This document shows, piece by piece, positions 18,732-28,273 of a stretch of 28,662 nt of DNA (position 1 is its first letter; each line of letters opens with the position of its first letter). The stretch lies in the NCBI GenBank assembly GCA_021793535.1, contig JAJYSO010000001.1:1-28662 (forward strand). The letters are read 5' to 3'. A program made the translations under genes and the position numbers. The notes under the pieces are model-generated. The model was given only the letters and a program-made list of their open reading frames with translations. It was not told where the DNA came from and ran no database searches. The DNA comes from Bacteroidota bacterium. Its GTDB lineage: Bacteria > Bacteroidota > Bacteroidia > Flavobacteriales > Flavobacteriaceae.

Positions 18732-19547
18732 ATGAAAAAACTCTTTAAAAAAATTCTGAATACCGTCCCTCGGCCCCTTCTAATAAAATTGAGCTATCTG
18801 GTCCGTCCTTTTTTGGTGTTAGGACTAAGAGGAACGCGCTACCAAGACCCCATTGACGGGAAAAGTTTTTCAAAGTTTTTACCTTACGGCTATGCCACAC
18901 AACGGGACAATGTCCTCTCTCCCTCTACCCTATCTTTGGAACGACATCGCCTCTTATGGCTCTATCTCAAAAACGAAACAGACTTTTTTTCACGACCGTA
19001 TAAAATGCTGCATTTCGCTCCGGAGCAAGCCTTTTACAAGAGGTTTCAAAAAATGAAAAATTTGGAATACGTTACCACAGACCTCAATTCTCCTCTAGCC
19101 CAAGTAAAAGCTGATATCTGTGATTTGCCTTTTGAAGACAATAGCTTTGACCTTATTTTCTGCAATCACGTCCTGGAACATATTCCTGACGATCACAAGG
19201 CCATGCAGGAGTTATTTCGAGTGCTGAGACCTAACGGGTGGGCCGTTTTACAAATTCCACAAGACCTGAATCGGGAAAAAACTTTCGAAGATGACTCCAT
19301 TACCGACCCCAAAGAAAGGGCGCGTATTTTTGGTCAATACGACCATGTCCGTATTTATGGGAGGGATTACTTTGACAAACTCCGCCAGATCGGTTTTCAA
19401 GTAGAAGCGGTGCCCTATACTCAAAAATTAAAAGAAGAAGAAATCGATCGGTACCGGCTGGCCAAAGGGGAGGTTCTTCCAATTTGTAGAAAACCTGCCC
19501 CCTCTGCCTATTCCACTATACTCTGCTCAAATCCTTCGGAAGTGTAA
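18732..19547 (+). CDS. Class I SAM-dependent methyltransferase (type 11-like)
   Basis: SLERHRLLWLY, LHFAPEQ and DICDLPFEDNSFDLIFCNHVLEHIPDD. The ATG at 18732 is preferred over the TTG at 18705. The 3' end overlaps apbE by 40 bp. Confidence 0.88.
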   Translation: MKKLFKKILNTVPRPLLIKLSYLVRPFLVLGLRGTRYQDPIDGKSFSKFLPYGYATQRDNVLSPSTLSLERHRLLWLYLKNETDFFSRPYKMLHFAPEQAFYKRFQKMKNLEYVTTDLNSPLAQVKADICDLPFEDNSFDLIFCNHVLEHIPDDHKAMQELFRVLRPNGWAVLQIPQDLNREKTFEDDSITDPKERARIFGQYDHVRIYGRDYFDKLRQIGFQVEAVPYTQKLKEEEIDRYRLAKGEVLPICRKPAPSAYSTILCSNPSEV

Positions 19548-20521
19548 GTTTTGAGTGCACCTTGGACATCATAGATAAAAAACACATCAATACCTTTCAA
19601 CTTTTTGGCTAGTGCTATAGATTTTTCAATATCCATGGCCATAAAAGCTGTAGCATAAGCATCTGCCGTGGCACAATCCTGCGCCAATACGGAAGCGCTC
19701 AAGAGACTCTGTTTTTTCATATAACCTGATTTAGGATCCACTATATGAACAAAACGACGTCCGGAAAGGGAATCCACCCGGTATTTCCTATAATTTCCCG
19801 AAGTGGCCAAACTCCTGTTTTTTAACTCCACTATACCTTGTATTTCTTTTGCTCCATCACCGATTCTGGGATCATCGATTCCCAACCTCCAGTTCCTTCC
19901 AGACTTCAAATTGGTTCCTCTTGCTCGGATCTCTCCCCCAATATCCACCAGGTAATTCTCAATTCCTCTTGCTTCTAGAAACAAGCCGAACCGATCCACT
20001 CCATACCCTTTAGCAATGCCATTTAAATCGATATACATATGGGGATCTCGGCGAATGATGTGGTCCTTTTGCAAATGCACATCCTCAAAACCCACATATT
20101 GCATCAACGAGTCAATATGAACAGAGTCCAACTTCACCCCGGTCTGTTGGGCACCAAACCCATAGGCATTGACCAAGTTTCCAACAGTCGGATCAAAATA
20201 GCCATCTGTACGATGGAAAATTTCCTTGGCCAACAAAAATACTTCACGAAACATCTGATCCACAGTAACGGTGGTATCTCCAGCATTCAATTTTGAAATA
20301 TCCGAATCCTTCTGATAATTGCTCATGGACTGATTGACAGCTTGAATGATGGAATCTATGGAATGCTCCAAATCAGGAATGTCTCCAAAATATTGAATGT
20401 TGTATTCGGTTCCAAAAGCATAGCCTTCTTGAAGCTTATATGCAGCAATACTATCCCCTTGCTGACATCCCCATAAGGTGCAGGATAAAAGAACAATAAC
20501 AAACGACTTGATTAATTTCAT
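19508..20521 (-). CDS. apbE: FAD:protein FMN transferase, lipoprotein
   Basis: Lipobox LWGC, FGTEY, SMSNY, FDPTVG, DLNGIAKGYGVD, DIGGEI, ATSGNYR and ADAYATA. Confidence 0.95.
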   Translation of the reverse strand: MKLIKSFVIVLLSCTLWGCQQGDSIAAYKLQEGYAFGTEYNIQYFGDIPDLEHSIDSIIQAVNQSMSNYQKDSDISKLNAGDTTVTVDQMFREVFLLAKEIFHRTDGYFDPTVGNLVNAYGFGAQQTGVKLDSVHIDSLMQYVGFEDVHLQKDHIIRRDPHMYIDLNGIAKGYGVDRFGLFLEARGIENYLVDIGGEIRARGTNLKSGRNWRLGIDDPRIGDGAKEIQGIVELKNRSLATSGNYRKYRVDSLSGRRFVHIVDPKSGYMKKQSLLSASVLAQDCATADAYATAFMAMDIEKSIALAKKLKGIDVFFIYDVQGALKTYTSEGFEQSIVE

Positions 20522-20679
20522 GGCAAATTACTTATAAGGGTACAAAAGTAGCGTTCAAAAGTACAAGAACACAAATAATTCGTATTTTTAGGTGCCTTAT
20601 ACCCCTTAAAAAACAGTAGCATGCTGAAATTTAAGACATTAGTATGAGACTTAAAATTATCGTTAAAAGAAGTTGATTT

Positions 20680-22713
20680 ATGACATTCAAAGAAGCAATA
20701 TTGGAGGGTATTCCCGCTCACTTACCTCCTCAAAAGGATTACGACAACACCCTAAATCATGCGCCCAAGCGCAAAGATATTTTAACACCGCAAGAAAAAA
20801 AACTTGCGCTGCGCAATGCACTGCGGTATTTCGATAAAAAGTACCACCCCACCCTACTCCCCGAATTCAAAGCAGAATTGGAAACGTACGGAAGAATTTA
20901 CATGTACCGGTTTCGCCCAGATTATAAAATGTACGCGCGCCCCATCGATCAATACCCTGGAAAATCTATACAAGCTAAAGCCATCATGCACATGATTCAA
21001 AACAACCTGGATCACAAGGTGGCTCAGCATCCGGATGAACTGATCACTTACGGTGGAAATGGGGCTGTCTTTCAGAACTGGGCACAATACCGCCTCACCA
21101 TGAAATACCTAGCCGAAATGTCGGATGAGCAGACCCTTGTTATGTATAGCGGTCACCCCTTGGGGCTCTTTCCCTCTTCTGTAGATGCCCCTCGGGTGGT
21201 CGTCACCAACGGCATGATGATTCCCAATTACTCCAAACCCGATGACTGGGAGCGGTACAATGCACTAGGCGTTACGCAATACGGGCAGATGACCGCTGGA
21301 AGCTACATGTATATCGGGCCTCAAGGCATTGTGCACGGAACGACCATCACCGTCCTAAATGGCTTTAGAAAAATAAACAAAGACCCAAAAGGAGGCCTAT
21401 TTGTAACTGCTGGGCTCGGGGGGATGAGTGGTGCGCAACCCAAAGCAGGAAACATTGCAGGCTGCGTGACCGTCTGTGCCGAAGTCAACGAAAAGGCGCT
21501 GGACAAACGCCATGCACAAGGCTGGATTAACGAAAAATTTACCAGCTTGGATGAATTGGTTCAACGGGTTCAAAAAGCTGTTGCTGATAAAGAAACGGTT
21601 TCTATGGGCTACGCCGGAAATGTCGTAGAAGTATGGGAAAAATTTGCAGAAGAAGGCATTCACATTGATTTAGGAAGTGACCAAACCTCTAGCCATAACC
21701 CGTGGGCAGGCGGATACTATCCGATAGGGCTCAGTTATAAGCAGGCCAACATCATGATGGTCGAAGCACCTGAAGAGTACAAGAAAATCGTTCAAGAAAG
21801 CTATCGTCGTCACGTAGCAGCCATCAACCGCCATACCCAAAAAGGAACCTATTTCTTCGACTACGGAAATGCCTTTCTATTAGAAGCTTCCAGAGCCGGT
21901 GCCAAGCTCTATAAGAATAAAAAAGGGGTATTTGTCGATCAATCTCAAGTGCCCGAAGGACAAGAATTTGCCTACCCCAGCTACGTACAGGACATCATGG
22001 GGCCCATGTGTTTCGATTACGGCTTTGGCCCCTTTCGGTGGGTGTGCACTTCGGCCCGCGCAGAGGACCTCGATAAAACCGATCAACTGGCGATAGCGGT
22101 GCTTGAAAATTTGATGAAAAAGGCACCAAAAGAAATCCAACAGCAGCTTGCCGACAACATTCATTGGATTAAAGAAGCAAAGGAAAATCAGCTGGTTGTG
22201 GGGTCACAAGCTCGTATCCTCTACGCCGATGCACAAGGCCGCATCCAAATCGCAGCTGCTTTCAATCAAGCCATCAAAAAAGGAGAAATCTCCGCGCCGG
22301 TTGTGCTGGGGCGCGATCACCATGATGTATCGGGTACGGATTCCCCCTTCAGGGAAACAGCTAATATCTACGATGGCAGTAATCGTACGGCCGATATGGC
22401 CATTCAAAATGTAATTGGAGATAGTTTCAGAGGCGCCACTTGGGTAAGCATCCACAATGGTGGAGGGGTAGGTTGGGGAGAAGTCATCAATGGAGGATTT
22501 GGAATGGTTCTTGATGGAAGTAAAGAGAGTGATCGTCGTTTAAAAGCCATGTTGTTCTGGGATGTAAACAACGGCATTGCCCGAAGGTCTTGGGCTCGAA
22601 ATGAAGGTGCCATTTTTGCTGCTCAAAGAGCGATGGAAGAAGAAGTCAACTTAAAAATCACCCTACCGAATAAGGTTGACAACGAGCTGATCAATCAAAT
22701 TTTTGAGTCCTGA
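20680..22713 (+). CDS. hutU: Urocanate hydratase (long, 677-aa form)
   Basis: ELITYGGNG, YGQMTAGSYMYIGPQGIVHGT, GLGGMSGAQPKA, SDQTSSHN, GFGPFRWVC, GRDHHDVSGTDSP and HNGGGVGWG. Confidence 0.97.
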   Translation: MTFKEAILEGIPAHLPPQKDYDNTLNHAPKRKDILTPQEKKLALRNALRYFDKKYHPTLLPEFKAELETYGRIYMYRFRPDYKMYARPIDQYPGKSIQAKAIMHMIQNNLDHKVAQHPDELITYGGNGAVFQNWAQYRLTMKYLAEMSDEQTLVMYSGHPLGLFPSSVDAPRVVVTNGMMIPNYSKPDDWERYNALGVTQYGQMTAGSYMYIGPQGIVHGTTITVLNGFRKINKDPKGGLFVTAGLGGMSGAQPKAGNIAGCVTVCAEVNEKALDKRHAQGWINEKFTSLDELVQRVQKAVADKETVSMGYAGNVVEVWEKFAEEGIHIDLGSDQTSSHNPWAGGYYPIGLSYKQANIMMVEAPEEYKKIVQESYRRHVAAINRHTQKGTYFFDYGNAFLLEASRAGAKLYKNKKGVFVDQSQVPEGQEFAYPSYVQDIMGPMCFDYGFGPFRWVCTSARAEDLDKTDQLAIAVLENLMKKAPKEIQQQLADNIHWIKEAKENQLVVGSQARILYADAQGRIQIAAAFNQAIKKGEISAPVVLGRDHHDVSGTDSPFRETANIYDGSNRTADMAIQNVIGDSFRGATWVSIHNGGGVGWGEVINGGFGMVLDGSKESDRRLKAMLFWDVNNGIARRSWARNEGAIFAAQRAMEEEVNLKITLPNKVDNELINQIFES

Positions 22714-22793
22714 ATCCCAAACATTAAAAAAATGATAAACACCGCGTAAGCCTGTTTTTAAATACCTAACTTTAATTTATAAATCATGAGATT

Positions 22794-23369
22794 ATGAGAC
22801 CGTTTAAAATTCTATTGTTCGCTATTTTGTTGGGCTTCGGTCTGACTTCTTGTGAATCTACTCATGTGGCCACCGATTATGACAAAGCTGTTGACTTCGA
22901 TCAGTATAAAAGCTTTGCCTTTTACAAGCCGGGTATAGATGGGGCAAAGATATCCGACTTGGACAAACGCCGAATTTTAAGGGCCATTGATACCGCGCTA
23001 ACCAAAAAGGGGATGACCAAAAGCAAAAATGCAGATCTGCTTATTGGAATTGATACAGATGAGGCGACCAACATCGATGTATACGAAAATTATTATGGGT
23101 GGTACGACCCATGGTATTCACCATGGTACAGTCCTTGGTATTACGGGTATCCCTATCGCAACAACTACGTGCGCTCCACTGAAGGCACCTTATACATCAA
23201 TTTAATTGATGCCAAACAAAAATCATTGATCTGGCAAGGAAGGTGGCAAGGAAACCTCAACCCCAACGGAAATGTAGATGAAAAAACGGCCTTGTTTCAT
23301 ACGGTGGTAAATGAAATATTGGATCATTACCCTCCCGGACAAGAAGTAGAAAAAAAGAAAAGTAAGTAA
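22794..23369 (+). CDS. DUF4136-like lipoprotein
   Basis: Lipobox LTSC, TDYD..VDF..YKSFAF, DLDKRRIL, Tyr/Trp/Pro-rich loop and EGTLYINLIDA...LIWQG. Confidence 0.8.
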   Translation: MRPFKILLFAILLGFGLTSCESTHVATDYDKAVDFDQYKSFAFYKPGIDGAKISDLDKRRILRAIDTALTKKGMTKSKNADLLIGIDTDEATNIDVYENYYGWYDPWYSPWYSPWYYGYPYRNNYVRSTEGTLYINLIDAKQKSLIWQGRWQGNLNPNGNVDEKTALFHTVVNEILDHYPPGQEVEKKKSK

Positions 23370-23401
23370 GTTTCTCTTTTCACCTGTACCCAAAAAGCAG
23401 A

Positions 23402-23438
23402 AAACAATCCAGTTGTCAAATCGGCAACTGGATTGTTT
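23402..23438 (+). terminator. Strong hairpin, probable intrinsic terminator of the hutU/DUF4136 transcript
   Basis: Perfect 14-bp inverted repeat AAACAATCCAGTTG / CAACTGGATTGTTT followed by CTTT. Confidence 0.8.
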
Positions 23439-23551
23439 CTTTATAATCCTCAAGCATTCAGGAATAAATTTTGCCATAAAGAAGAAGGAAAGGGGCGTAA
23501 ATTAGAAAAATATGTTAATTTAGTATTTCTAATTTCCTTAAATACATACCC

Positions 23552-25024
23552 ATGTCAAATCGTACTGAAGACCCAGTACTTCCAAACGTTCCCAAAACCA
23601 ACATTTCGACCCTTGACGCCCTCATTCCAATCCTCGCGCTGATTGTAATGCTCGCCTATAACGTATTTGTTTTTGGCGAAGATGCCTTAGAAGGATCCAA
23701 TCAGTTTATTCTTTTATTAGGTGGTGCGGTGGCCGCTATTATAGGATTTAAAAATAAGATATCCTACACCGAAATGATGGATGAAGTGGCTGAAAACCTA
23801 AAGTCTGTCGGGGAGCCCATTTTAATCCTATTGATGGTAGGGGCATTGGCTGGAACTTGGATGATGAGCGGAATCATTCCCACCATGATCTATTACGGGA
23901 TGGAAATCCTCAATCCCACTATTTTTTTAGCAGCCTGTCTCATTATATGTTGCATCATTTCCCTAGCTACTGGCAGTAGCTGGACAACCTCAGCAACAGT
24001 GGGCATTGCCCTGATCGGAATTGCCAAGGCATTGGGCGTTTCTTCTGCCATGACTGCAGGTGCTGTTCTTTCAGGCGCCTACTTCGGAGATAAAATGTCT
24101 CCCTTGAGCGATACGACCAATTTAGCTCCTGCTATGGCCGGTACCGATCTTTTCACTCATGTTCGATACATGACCATCACCACTGTTCCCACCATCAGCA
24201 TCACTTTATTGATCTTTATCATCATCGGATTCAATTTAAACGTAACCGGTGTAGCCAATTCCGATCAGATCACCAACGTGATCAAGGACACCTTTGTCAT
24301 TAGCCCATGGCTCTTTATTGTGCCCATTTTGGTGATTGTGATGATCGTTAAAAAAACACCTCCCTTTGTGGCCTTGCTCGCCGGAACACTCTTCGGTGCA
24401 ATTGCCGCATTGATCGCCCAACCCGCCGTCTTAGTTGAAATTTCTGGTGCCCAATCCTTAAGCTTCGAAGCTGCCTATAAAGGCATTCTCAACATCATGA
24501 CAGTGCATACCGAAATCGCTACTGGCAATCCCGCCATGGACGACCTCTTCTCTGCCGGGGGGATGGCAGGCATGCTTCCCACCGTTTGGCTGATTATCTG
24601 TGCCATGGTCTTTGGAGGCGTGATGGACGCCATCGGCGCCTTATCTAAAATTAGTGGAGCCCTGCTTAAATTGTTTCACACCACCTTTGGGCTCTTTGCC
24701 AGTACCGTTGCCAGTTGCTTAGCTTTAAACGTCACGGCATCAGATCAATACTTATCTTTGGTGGTTTCTGGAAAAATGTATGCCGAAGCCTTTAAAGAAA
24801 AAGGCTTAGCACCTGAAAATTTAAGTCGGACATTAGAAGATTCAGGGACGGTCACCTCTGTTTTAGTTCCCTGGAATACTTGTGGGGCCTATCACAGCAG
24901 TGTATTAGGAGTATCTACCAGTCAGTATTTTATCTATTGCTTTTTTAATTATCTCAGCCCTTTTATGACGCTAACCGTGGCCGCTGTCGGATTTAAAATC
25001 AGAACCTTAGGTGCCAAAAAGTAG
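23552..25024 (+). CDS. nhaC: Na+/H+ antiporter NhaC family transporter
   Basis: Multi-TM protein with LATGSSWTTSATVG, SGAYFGDKMSPLSDTTNLA and LSRTLEDSGTVTSVLVPWN. Confidence 0.92.
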   Translation: MSNRTEDPVLPNVPKTNISTLDALIPILALIVMLAYNVFVFGEDALEGSNQFILLLGGAVAAIIGFKNKISYTEMMDEVAENLKSVGEPILILLMVGALAGTWMMSGIIPTMIYYGMEILNPTIFLAACLIICCIISLATGSSWTTSATVGIALIGIAKALGVSSAMTAGAVLSGAYFGDKMSPLSDTTNLAPAMAGTDLFTHVRYMTITTVPTISITLLIFIIIGFNLNVTGVANSDQITNVIKDTFVISPWLFIVPILVIVMIVKKTPPFVALLAGTLFGAIAALIAQPAVLVEISGAQSLSFEAAYKGILNIMTVHTEIATGNPAMDDLFSAGGMAGMLPTVWLIICAMVFGGVMDAIGALSKISGALLKLFHTTFGLFASTVASCLALNVTASDQYLSLVVSGKMYAEAFKEKGLAPENLSRTLEDSGTVTSVLVPWNTCGAYHSSVLGVSTSQYFIYCFFNYLSPFMTLTVAAVGFKIRTLGAKK

Positions 25025-25176
25025 CTTTATCTAGAGGGTTTTAAGTCGAGAAATCGGGTCTGCCACCTTTGCCTTTGCCCAAAAACTTAACCTGGATTAA
25101 AATCGATATCTCCATCCGTTAAAAGTGACAGATTCCAGGGATAAACCTTTATTTTTGTATTCAATATACAAACACC

Positions 25177-25893
25177 ATGAAATTAGACATACTTGCAATG
25201 GGAGCTCACCCTGATGATGTGGAACTCGGCTGTGGGGGCACATTGGCCAAAGAGATTTCCCGAGGAAAAAAAGTAGGAATTTTAGACCTAACCCGCGGCG
25301 AACTCGGAACGCGTGGATCCGCTGAAATCCGCCACCGAGAAGCTACTCGTGCTGCAAAAATTTTGGGAGTTGAGATGCGGGAAAACCTAGGCTTTAGAGA
25401 TGGCTTTTTTGTCAATGACGAAAAGCACCAATTAGAAATTATTAAATTCATTCGAAAATACCGACCAGAAATCGTCTTGACCAACGCTCTGAAGGATCGG
25501 CACAAAGACCATGGAAAAGGAAGTGAATTAACCAGCACAGCTTGCTTCTTAAGCGGTCTGCGAAAAATCAAAACGACCTGGGAGGGTCAAGTACAGGAAG
25601 CCTGGCGGCCAAAACGCGTCTTACACTACATTCAGTGGCTAGACTTACAGCCGGATATTGTCGTTGATATTTCGGGTTTTATCGACAAAAAGATGGAGGC
25701 GGTCAAGGCTTATCAATCCCAATTTTTTGATCAAAAAAGCGATGAACCCCAAACGCCTATTTCGACAAGTAATTTTCTACAAAGCGTGGAATACCGCGCT
25801 TCCAACCTAGGAAGACTCATTTTTGCAGCACATGCCGAAGGCTTTAATACAGAGCATTTCCCCGCTGTGGATTCGGTATTTGACTTGGTCTAA
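25177..25893 (+). CDS. bshB1: Bacillithiol biosynthesis deacetylase BshB1 (PIG-L family)
   Basis: GAHPDDVELGCGGT, DLTRGELGTRGS, DRHKDHG and KMEAVKAYQSQF. Confidence 0.88.
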   Translation: MKLDILAMGAHPDDVELGCGGTLAKEISRGKKVGILDLTRGELGTRGSAEIRHREATRAAKILGVEMRENLGFRDGFFVNDEKHQLEIIKFIRKYRPEIVLTNALKDRHKDHGKGSELTSTACFLSGLRKIKTTWEGQVQEAWRPKRVLHYIQWLDLQPDIVVDISGFIDKKMEAVKAYQSQFFDQKSDEPQTPISTSNFLQSVEYRASNLGRLIFAAHAEGFNTEHFPAVDSVFDLV

Positions 25894-25900
25894 ATTTTAT

Positions 25901-25930
25901 TTTGAAAATTAATTAAATTGGTTAAATTTG
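25901..25930 (+). promoter_or_regulatory. Promoter of tRNA-His (-33 TTTG, N18, -7 TAAATTTG)
   Basis: TTTG at 25901-25904 and TAAATTTG at 25923-25930, 13 nt before the tRNA G-1. Confidence 0.65.
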
Positions 25931-25943
25931 TGCGCTCATAAAT

Positions 25944-26018
25944 GGTGGATGTAGCTCAGTTGGTTAGAGCGCTTGATTGTGGTTCAAGAGGTCGTCGGTT
26001 CGAGACCGATCTTCCACC
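25944..26018 (+). tRNA. tRNA-His (GTG)
   Basis: Cloverleaf with G-1 and C73 (His identity pair), D arm GCTC/GAGC, anticodon stem CTTGA/TCAAG with loop TTGTGGT, and T arm GTCGG-TTCGAGA-CCGAT. CCA is not encoded (CCT follows). Confidence 0.97.
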
Positions 26019-26025
26019 CCTTTTT

Positions 26026-26060
26026 AAAAGATCCTTTCTTAAACGAGAGGATCTTTTTTT
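26026..26060. terminator. Bidirectional intrinsic terminator after tRNA-His
   Basis: AAAAGATCCTTTC-ttaaac-GAGAGGATCTTTTTTT. Confidence 0.85.
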
Positions 26061-26104
26061 ATAAAACCACTCATTGTTTTTACGAAGATGGATAATTCAC
26101 GCCC

Positions 26105-27100
26105 CTATTCTACATCCACAACTAACCGATCTTCTCGGTTTACCACCTCCCAAGCGCTATAAAAAAGCAGTTCAGTTCGTGTCTTTAACAAAGAATAATT
26201 GATTTTATCCGGAGTATCAGTAGGTTTGTGATAATCCTCATGTACCCCGTTAAAGAAGAAAACCACGGGAATTTTATGCTTGGCAAAATTATAGTGATCA
26301 CTTCGATAATAAAAACGATTGGGATCATCCTCGGCATTATAAGTATAATCCAATTCCAGTGCAGTATACTTTTTGTTTTGCTGCTGAACAAGGCTATCCA
26401 AGGCTGTACTTAAACGATTACTACCGATCAAATAAACATAATTCGGACTCTTGTGATGCGCTTGATCCACTCTCCCCACCATATCTGTATTGAGATTGGC
26501 CACGGTCTGTTCCAATGGAAAGATAGGGTTTTCCGTATAGTAACGAGATCCTAACAGTCCTTTCTCTTCACCGGTCAAGTGCAAGAACAATACGGAGCGC
26601 CGCGGGTAAAAACCCCTTTGGGCTGCTTTTTTAAAAGCTTTAGCCGTCTGCATCACCGCAACTGTTCCCGAAGCATCGTCATCCGCGCCATAATAAATCT
26701 GTTCATTCTTTGCCCCCAAGTGATCATAATGTGCAGAAATCACCACGATTTCCTCCGGTTTTTCAACTCCCTTTATAAAGGCTGCCACATTTTCGGTATC
26801 TTTAAATTTATGTTCAAAATAGCTTCCGGGAACAGCTTGAAAATACCCTTCTTCCAAAGCTGGAGCGATGTTGTTCTGACGGTAAAATTTCTCCAAAAAT
26901 TTTGCTGCTTTTTTCTGTCCTTCTTCCCCGGTTTCTCTCCCTTCCATCGCATCCGAGGCCAACTGATACAAATTGGATTTCAACTCTTTCTCTTTTATAA
27001 ATTTAACAAACCGATCCGGGCGAGTTGTTTTAAAGGCAGGCCTTTGCGTATTGCACTGCAAAAACAGCAGGCACAAAAAAAGAAGACTTATCGATCTCAT
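26105..27100 (-). CDS. M28 family metallopeptidase, compact form without a PA domain, exported or lipoprotein
   Basis: Signal with LFLQC, GRETGEEGQKKAA, SAHYDHLG, GADDDASG, TGEEKGLLGS, NLNTDMVGR, RSDHYNF and HEDYHKPTD. Confidence 0.92.
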   Translation of the reverse strand: MRSISLLFLCLLFLQCNTQRPAFKTTRPDRFVKFIKEKELKSNLYQLASDAMEGRETGEEGQKKAAKFLEKFYRQNNIAPALEEGYFQAVPGSYFEHKFKDTENVAAFIKGVEKPEEIVVISAHYDHLGAKNEQIYYGADDDASGTVAVMQTAKAFKKAAQRGFYPRRSVLFLHLTGEEKGLLGSRYYTENPIFPLEQTVANLNTDMVGRVDQAHHKSPNYVYLIGSNRLSTALDSLVQQQNKKYTALELDYTYNAEDDPNRFYYRSDHYNFAKHKIPVVFFFNGVHEDYHKPTDTPDKINYSLLKTRTELLFYSAWEVVNREDRLVVDVE

Positions 27101-27181
27101 CGCACTACTTTTAGAAATGAACGAGCAAGATAAAAAGAAATCACTTAAAGTGGGAACTTCTTTTTGATCACCTACTCCTCC

Positions 27182-27213
27182 TTGCTAAATGACGACAAAC
27201 TTTCTTATATTCG
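27182..27213 (+). promoter_or_regulatory. Probable fabH promoter (-33 TTG, N21, -7 TATATTCG)
   Basis: TTG at 27182-27184 and TATATTCG at 27206-27213 (a one-mismatch variant of TAnnTTTG). This supports a start at 27236 rather than 27164. Confidence 0.5.
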
Positions 27214-27235
27214 TATGATGACTAATACAAAATTT

Positions 27236-28252
27236 ATGCTTTACACCTCTAAGATCGCCGGTTTGGGAAGCTATGTTCCCGAAAATATTGTAACCAATGA
27301 CGAGCTCTCCAAACGTATGGACACAAACGACAAATGGATTACCGAACGAACAGGCATCAAAGAACGCCGGCATATCAAAGACAGAGCCGAAGGAGAGACA
27401 CCTGTAGCTTCCATGGGGGTAAAAGCCGCTAAAATAGCCCTTGAAAGAGCGCAGATCGATAAAAATGATATTGATTTGATTGTCTTTGCTACTTTAAGCC
27501 CCGACTATTACTTTCCCGGCTCAGGTGTTATTGTACAAGATTTATTGGACATCAAAACGGTTCCGGCACTGGACATTCGCAACCAGTGCAGCGGTTTCGT
27601 TTACGGCCTTTCTGTCGCTGACCAATTTATTAAAACGGGCATGTATAAAAATGTGCTGCTCATTGGCAGTGAGAACCACAGTGGAGGGTTGGATATGACC
27701 ACAAGAGGCCGAGGGGTGTCGGTACTGTTTGGTGACGGCGCAGGAGCAGCGGTGTTGACCCGAAGTAAAGATCCCCAAAAAGGGATTCTGTCCACCCATC
27801 TCCATTCACAAGGAAAGCACGCGCTGGAGCTTTCTTTGAAAGGTCCAAGCACCAACCATTGGGTACCCGAAATCATTGCGGAAAATCCTCAAGAAGACAT
27901 CCCTTATTACCCGTATATGAACGGCCAGTTTGTCTTTAAAAATGCCATTCGCCGCTTTTCCGAAGTCATAGAAGAAGGCCTATCCGCCAACAAACTCTCC
28001 AAAGAAGATATTGATTTGTTCATCCCTCATCAGGCCAACCTGCGCATTGCCGAATACATCCAGAAAAAATTTGCACTCTCCGACGATCAAGTGTACAACA
28101 ACATTCAAAAATACGGGAACACCACCGCCGCATCGATCCCCATTGCATTAACTGAAGCTTGGGAAAGGGACAAAGTACACGAAGGAGATCATGTCGTCCT
28201 CGCTGCATTCGGAAGCGGGTTCACTTGGGCCAGTGCCGTTATACGCTGGTAA
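27236..28252 (+). CDS. fabH: 3-oxoacyl-ACP synthase III family protein
   Basis: Cys-His-Asn triad (NQCSGF, FIPHQAN, YGNTTAAS), plus WITERTGIKERR, LFGDGAGA and FGSGFTW. Confidence 0.93.
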   Translation: MLYTSKIAGLGSYVPENIVTNDELSKRMDTNDKWITERTGIKERRHIKDRAEGETPVASMGVKAAKIALERAQIDKNDIDLIVFATLSPDYYFPGSGVIVQDLLDIKTVPALDIRNQCSGFVYGLSVADQFIKTGMYKNVLLIGSENHSGGLDMTTRGRGVSVLFGDGAGAAVLTRSKDPQKGILSTHLHSQGKHALELSLKGPSTNHWVPEIIAENPQEDIPYYPYMNGQFVFKNAIRRFSEVIEEGLSANKLSKEDIDLFIPHQANLRIAEYIQKKFALSDDQVYNNIQKYGNTTAASIPIALTEAWERDKVHEGDHVVLAAFGSGFTWASAVIRW

Positions 28253-28273
28253 ATACCCCACAGGTTGTTTTAT

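Noticed and set aside
23370-23551. Riboswitch upstream of nhaC (NhaC-family genes are often riboswitch-controlled)
   Set aside because: No recognisable SAM, lysine, glycine, TPP or cobalamin aptamer consensus; the one strong hairpin is explained as the upstream gene's terminator.
25950-26012. U6.U67 mismatch in the tRNA-His acceptor stem as a sign of a pseudogene
   Set aside because: All other arms, G-1/C73, the promoter and the terminator are intact, and single acceptor-stem mismatches are tolerated.
25944-26104. tRNA-His as an integration site for a genomic island or prophage
   Set aside because: The tRNA is followed immediately by its terminator and a housekeeping-type M28 gene. There is no integrase and I found no duplicate of the tRNA 3' end in the window.
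26579-27133. 184-aa + strand ORF, and the many other 60-190 aa ORFs nested in or antisense to larger genes
   Set aside because: They lie opposite or inside genes with clear family motifs and show no recognisable motifs themselves, so they are treated as shadow ORFs.
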